Shown here: piece by piece, positions 57,951-64,000 of the stretch
How positions within the stretch are numbered: the stretch's first letter is position 1
Layout: each line of letters begins with the position of its first letter
Source: Mobula hypostoma
Taxonomy: Eukaryota
Assembly: GCF_963921235.1 (NCBI RefSeq)
Contig: NC_086108.1
Coordinates: 12,214,001-12,278,000 of the forward strand
DNA: 64,000 nt
Reading direction: 5' to 3'
Position numbers and translations under genes: made by a program
The notes under the pieces: generated by a model
Databases searched by the model: none
Seen by the model: only the letters and a program-made list of their open reading frames with translations
What the model was told of the DNA's origin: nothing

Positions 57951-58365
57951 GTTGTATTTTACTGATATCTTATACAGTACATCAGACAGACTGGGAGAAA
58001 AACGTCCACAGGATCCATGAACATCAACTGGCTGTGTAGCGGAGTGACCAACTCTTCCCAGTCTCCACCCATGAAGGTCGAGAGGGGCACAGGTTCGACT
58101 GGGCATCAGTGAAAGTTGTGGTGCGAGCAAACACGTGGCATGTAAGAGAATTCAAGGAAGCATGATTTTCTGCAAACAAATCTATAAGCGGACATGTAGA
58201 TTTCAATCCTATTTATAAAACAATGCAGGCAAAATTCCAGAACACAACACGCAGAGTTTGCCATGCAACCAATCAGCAAAGAGACCCCCTCCCTATGCAC
58301 GTTTTCCACATATATATATTTCTTATTATAGTTTGCTGCTGCAGAAGAACAAAATTCATGACATA

Positions 58366-58826
58366 CAGTGCTGTGCAAAAGTCTTAGGCACACATAAGAC
58401 TATACGATATAGGAATAGAATTAGGCCATTTTTGGCCCATCATGGCTGATCCTTTTTCAGCCTCAATATCCTGCATTCTCCTCATATCCCTTCATGCCCC
58501 GACTAATCAAGAATCTATTAACCTCTGCCTTAAATATACCCATTAACCCAGCCTCCACTGCCACCTGTGGCAACAAATTCCGCAGATTCACCACCCTCTG
58601 GTGAAAGAAATCTTGCCTCATCTCTGTTCTAAATGGATGTCCTCTATTCTGAGGCTGTGCCTTCTGGTCCTAGACTCCCCCACCATAAGAAGCATCCTCA
58701 ACATATCCACTCTATCGAGGCTTTCAATATTCAATAGGTTTCAATGAGGTAGCCCCTCATTCTTTATTCTTCTGGATTCCAGTGAGTACATATGTATATA
58801 GTGCCTAAGACTTTTGTACAATACTG
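58366..58826. mobile_element. Tc1/mariner-type MITE (26-bp TIRs, TA TSD) containing a CR1 3' fragment (58395-58790, -)
   Basis: TA-cagtgctgtgcaaaagtcttaggcac (58366-58391) and gtgcctaagacttttgtacaatactg-TA (58801-58826). Confidence 0.8.
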
Positions 58827-59329
58827 TATACCTACTGTATATGAACACTTTTCCTCTCTTTTTCCACTACTTACCTAATTTAATTTTCTTTTTTGTATAC
58901 GTACTTCTATTTGTAATATATATTTTTATTCTTATGCACTGCTGCTGCAAAACAACAAATTTCACAACATGCTATACTTATGTAAATAATTTTTGGCACC
59001 CTAGCCTGAGACATTTGTGCAGTGCTATATGTCAGTGGTAATGAACCTGGTTCTGATTCTGATTCTGAAGTTGGGAGAAATTGTATAGATGATCCGGTGA
59101 ATGTGGGAGATGCAGTGTTTGATGGTAACAACAAGGTGTCAGAGCCTTGAGGAGTAAGCATTATGAAAGCTTGTAGTATGCCAAGGAGAGATCAGAGGAT
59201 CTCTGAGTGAAATAGAATTGCTGAACCTTTTATCAGAAAACTTACATTGCAACTTTTCAAAGCTGTTAATGAAAAATGATGGGTAACGAGAGCGAGCAGC
59301 CTGGGTGCACAGGGAAATACCAAGACAGG

Positions 59330-60990
59330 ACCTCCAGGGCTGTGATCTCAAGATTGTTTCCCGTGTCACACACCAGTGAGGACAGAAGTAAGAAAATGAT
59401 GCAGTTCAACACGAGGCTGTGGCAATGGTTTAGGAGAGAGGGCTTCCGAGTTTTGGATATTAGGGATCTCTTCCAAGGAAGGTGGGACCTGTACAGATGG
59501 GATGGTTTGACGGTGGGGATGGATGAAAATAGAGCTGCAGTGGGTGGGAACAGATAGTGGAGTGGCTATGGGGAGAGATGTTGTTAAGCCTATGTACAAA
59601 GTCAGGAATCAAAAGGTCAAGCAAGGTGTTCTGAGTTGTATATATTTCAATGCAAGGAGTATTATACATGGATGAGTTTGTCCATGGATCGGCACATGGA
59701 ATTATGATATTGTAGTCATTAATGAGACTTGGTTGCAGGAGGGGCAGGATTGGCAACCCAATTGTCTGGTGTTCCAATGTTTTAGATGAGGCAGAGTGGG
59801 AGGAATTAAAGGGGGAGGGGCAGCATGACTAGTCAGGGAAAATGTTACTGCATCGCTCAGTCAAGACAGACTGGCGAGCTCATCTACTGAGGCTTTATGG
59901 GTAGAACTGAAGAATAAGAAAGGGACGACCATGTTAATGTTATAGACCACACAACAGCCTGCAGGATTTAGAGAAGCTGATTCACAGGGAGATCACAGGC
60001 TGTTGCAAGGTTATGATGGTAGGTGATTTTTAACTTTCCACATATTGACTGGGACTCTCATACTTTAAAAGGGATGGATGGGATAGAGTTTGTCAAGTGT
60101 GTTCAGGAAAGTTTCCTTAATTGATACATAGAAGTCCCAACTAGAGAGAAATAATACTGGATCTCCAATTAGGAATGACAGAAGTTTTTGTAGGAGAACA
60201 CTTTGCATCTAGTAATCATAATGCCATTAGATTCAAAATAATTATCTTAAAGCAAACTACATGCAAAGTGTTTGGTCCTTGGGTTGAGAGTCTAAATTGG
60301 AGAAAGGCCAATTTTGATGGTATGAGAAAGGATCTGCCAAGATCCTTGGCAAGATCCTCTGGCAAGATTGGGATAGGTTGTTTTTGGGCAGAGGTGTACA
60401 TGGTAAATGGGAGGCCCTCAAAAGTGAGATTTTGAGAGTATAGAACTTGTATGTGCCTGTCAGAATAAAAGACAAGGTTAAGGGAACCTTGGTTTTCAAG
60501 TGATATTGAGGTCCTGGTTAAGAAGAAGGAGGTGCATAGCAGGTATAGGCAGGCAGGAATAAAAGAGGTGTTTTCTTGTATTTCTCATACTCCATAAGTA
60601 CTTCAGAAGGAAATCAGGAGGGTTAAAAGAAGGAATGAAGTTGATCTAGCAAACAAGGTGAAGGAGAATCCCAAGGGCTTCTACAGATGTACTGAGAGCA
60701 AAAGGATAGCAAGGGGCAAAATTAGTCCTCTGGAAGATCAGAGTGATCATCTCTGCATGGAGCCGAAAGAGATGCAGGAGATCTTAAATGGACCTTTTGC
60801 ATCTGTATTTACTCAGGAGAGAAATACAGAGTCTATAGATGTGAAGCAAAGCAGCATCAAGGTCATGGGCCCTATACAGATTACAGAGGTAGTGGTATTT
60901 GCTGTCTTGAGACAAATTAGGGTGGGTCTGAGCAGGTGTTCCTTTGGACCCTGTAAGAGGCTGGTGCAGAAATTGGAGGGCCCTATATTT
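59330..60990 (+). mobile_element. Decayed CR1 (ORF1 end, endonuclease, start of RT)
   Basis: WFRREGFRVLDIRDLFQGRWDLYRWDGL (ORF1); ggtgattttaactttccacatattgactgg (GDFNFPHIDW); KENPKGFYR...EILNGPFASVFT. Confidence 0.82.
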
Positions 60991-61709
60991 AGAATCCTAT
61001 ATTTGGAATCCTAGCTCTTCACAGGTGTCAGAAGTTAATGCCTAGCCTATAAATATGAGGTACCTTATATCCTAGAACTTGAGCATTAGACCTTCATTTG
61101 ATCTGTTATTGGTGATGCATATTGGTGCCTATACAATGGAGAGAGGTGGTGATGCATATTGGTGCAGAATAGTGTTAGTATGAATGAAAGATTACCAAAC
61201 TGAGATGTTCTGCACCGTGAAGAATTTTCAACATTTCACTGTTAATAATGAAAAAATGACTATTGTCAGACAAGGTGCAACTGTGCAAAGCTCATAGTTA
61301 TTGTGAAACAGATAGCTCAGGAGAGCTTCATTCCTTACCTCTATGTAGGAAGAACAAGTGACATCAATCCTGGCCAGATGTAACCAGTGGCTTGGAGAGG
61401 AGTGGAAAGGCCCAGAACACAGTTACTTTAGCTGTGCGCTGTCTGTGTTGGAATGAAGAGGTTTGAGAGTGTCAACAGAGTTAGTTTGTGATCTTTTATT
61501 CTGTTTGATCCCAGTTGTAGCTGGCCTCTTGCCAAGATTTCAGATTTATTCCTTCTCAGCCTTTGGTCCATTTTGTTGCTCCATAACAAGCCCGGTGCCC
61601 AGCGGTGGTTGGCTGGTTTCGAGCCACTGCATTGTTCTTTGCCCACAAAGAGAGGTTAGGCTAGAAGGAGAGATCTCTACTTCCATCACCACTTTCAATG
61701 CCTTTCACA

Positions 61710-63790
61710 ACACCATAAGACAGAGGAGCAGAACTGGGCCATGTAGACCATTGAGTCTGTTCTGCCATTCCATCATGGCTGATTTATTACCCCTCTGAAG
61801 CCCATTCCCCTGCCTTCTCCCCACAACCTTTGATGCCCTAATTAGTCAAGAACCTATCAACCTCCGGCTTAAACATACCCAATGACTCGGCCTGCACAGC
61901 TGTCTGTGGCAATGGTTTTCAAAGATTCACCATCTTCTTGCAAAAGAAATGTTTCCTCAACTCTGTTCTAAATGGATATCCCTCTGTTCTGAGAGATCCT
62001 CCCTCATTCTGTTCCCTCTGGTCCTAGACTCCCCTCATAGGAAACATCCTCTCCACATCCACACTTTCTAGGCCTTTCAATACTCAAGAGGTTTCAATGA
62101 GATCCTCCAACATTCTGCTAAACTCCAGCAAGCAGAGGGCCAGAGACTTCAAATGTTCCTCATTCTTGTGAACCTTCTCCATTCAATGTCAGTGCGTCCT
62201 TTCTTGGATAAGGGGTCCAAAACTGCTCACAATACTCCAAGTGCAGTCTGACCAGTGCCTTATAAAGCCTCAGCATTACATCCTTGCTATTCTATTCCAG
62301 TCCTCTCAAAATGAATCTAACATTGCATTTGCCTTCCTTACCAGTGACTCAACCTGCAATTTTACCTTTAGAGAATCCCACATAAGAACTCACAAGTTCC
62401 TTTGCACCTCTGATTTTTGAATTTTCTCCCCATTTAGAAACAAGTCCACACTTTTATTCTTTGTGCTGGAGTTATATGAAGAGGCAACAATAACAATAAA
62501 GTCATTTACATTTACTTTCAGAGGGCTTTTGACAAAGTACAGCACAAGAGGTTGATAATCAAATCACAGGAGGTAGGGATTCAGGGTAGGGTGTGCGACT
62601 GGGTGCAGAATTGGCTCAAAACCAGAAAACATCGCGCTATGGTGAGAGGATCATTTTCACATCCAGATGTTAAAAGTGGGGTTCCGCAGGATCAGTTTTG
62701 GGGCTACTCCTGATTTTTTTATTTGCATTAATGACTTGTAAAAGCACATAAAAAATAAACTAGTAAAGTTTGCCGATGACCCAAAATTAGGGGATGTGCT
62801 GATAACATTCAGGCAACAGAATTAATGGTTAGATCTAAACAAAATCCAGATGTGGGCAGATAAATGGCAAATTAAATTTAATGTAAGTAAATGTAAAATA
62901 TTACATATAGGAATTAGAAATATTAGATACAAATATACAATGGGGAGGGGTCTTTAGTTAGAAAGTGCACTGTATGAGAATGATTTGGGTGTCCTGGTAG
63001 ACCCATCACTATCAACATCTAGATAATGCACGGAAGTGATTAGGAAGGCTAATAGAATGCTGGGCTATATGATGTGCTCAGTGGAGTTCAAGTCTAGAGA
63101 CGTTCTCCTTAAGCAGTATAATGTGCTTGAAAGGGCACACGAGCACTGTGTGCAGTTTTGGTCTCTATACTGTGTGAGCGATGTGAAGGTACTGGAGAGA
63201 GTTCAGAAAAAGGTGACTAGAGTCATTCCAGGTCTGCAGGCTATGAGCTATGAAAAAAGATTGAAAGAATTAAATCTCTTTTAGTCCAAGTTGACATAGA
63301 ATGAGAGGAGACATGATAGAAGTGTCCAAAATTATTAAGGGTATAAGTAATGAGGATGCCAGCTGCTACTTCAAAATCAATCCATCAATGAGGACATGGG
63401 GCCATAGGTTGAGACTAATGAATGGGAGATTTCAGATTGACATCAGGAAGCATGTCTTTACACAGCGAGTTGTGGACACATGGAACAAACTACCTAGTTG
63501 TGTAGTTCAGAGTAGCACCTTGGAAACTTTCAAATTGAAACTCGATAGCTATTTCAACACAGTATGTGAGTAGGAATTTGGCAAGCATTGTTAAACCGAA
63601 TGGCCTGCTCTTGTCAGAAACTTTCAACTGTTCTTATGTTCTGCCAAAGTATATGATCATGCACTTCTTTGCCTATTCTCCACCTATTTTCATATCATCT
63701 ACAAACCTGACTACAAAGCCGTTAATTCCTTCATCAAAATCATCAACATGTAATGTGAAAAAATGACCCCACCACCGAACCCTGCGGCAC
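61710..63790 (-). mobile_element. CR1 fragment split by another CR1
   Basis: 61710-62462 ends ...cttttattctt and resumes ctgccaaagtatatgatcatgcac at ~63641. Confidence 0.8.
62465..63640 (+). mobile_element. CR1-type LINE 3' part (AT-rich, different family)
   Basis: aagtttgccgatgac (KFADD). ORFs 63036..63284 and 63301..63573 (RGDMIEV...FTQRVVDTWNKLP). Tail gttcttatgttc. Confidence 0.85.
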
Positions 63791-64000
63791 CTCATCCGCC
63801 ATGCTGAGAGGGTGAGGAGAGGAAATCAGGGTGAAGAAGGGAGTCAGAACAGAGAATAGATAAAGAGAGAAGGGGGAGGGGGGGAAGTGCCCACACTTAT
63901 TTGATTTTATCTGAGAGAACTGACATAACAGCCATTTTGAGTTGTCCTCGTAGCCAGTCTGATGTTGGTTCCCTATCTCTGCAATGATGGAAGATGACTT

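Overview
Repeat-dense eukaryotic DNA with no recognisable host protein-coding gene, rRNA, tRNA gene or CRISPR array. The mix of CR1 LINEs with (GAAACATA)n tails, Rex1/Babar-type LINEs, Penelope elements and tRNA-headed SINEs suggests a vertebrate, probably a cartilaginous fish such as a ray (inference). Most of the window is nested, decayed retroelements. Main landmarks: (i) a 3.7-kb CR1 with ORF1 esterase, endonuclease and RT remnants (2041-5769, -); (ii) a 31-bp minisatellite (~9143-10262); (iii) a Penelope insertion with an inverted pLTR, a 14-bp TSD and hammerhead-ribozyme relics (15110-16490); (iv) a 25-bp G-rich minisatellite and a 1.28-kb solo LTR; (v) a two-LTR Ty3/Gypsy element (31617-34538) with an in-frame protease/RT deletion and no tRNA primer site, but a 16-nt primer-site sequence complementary to its own LTR (candidate self-priming and poly(A)-occluding hairpin); (vi) a ~9.3-kb degenerate 16-bp satellite (36439-45725) with CpG-decay signatures, higher-order blocks and one Penelope insertion. 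Edges without a stated TSD or terminal motif are approximate, and all alignments and counts were done by eye.
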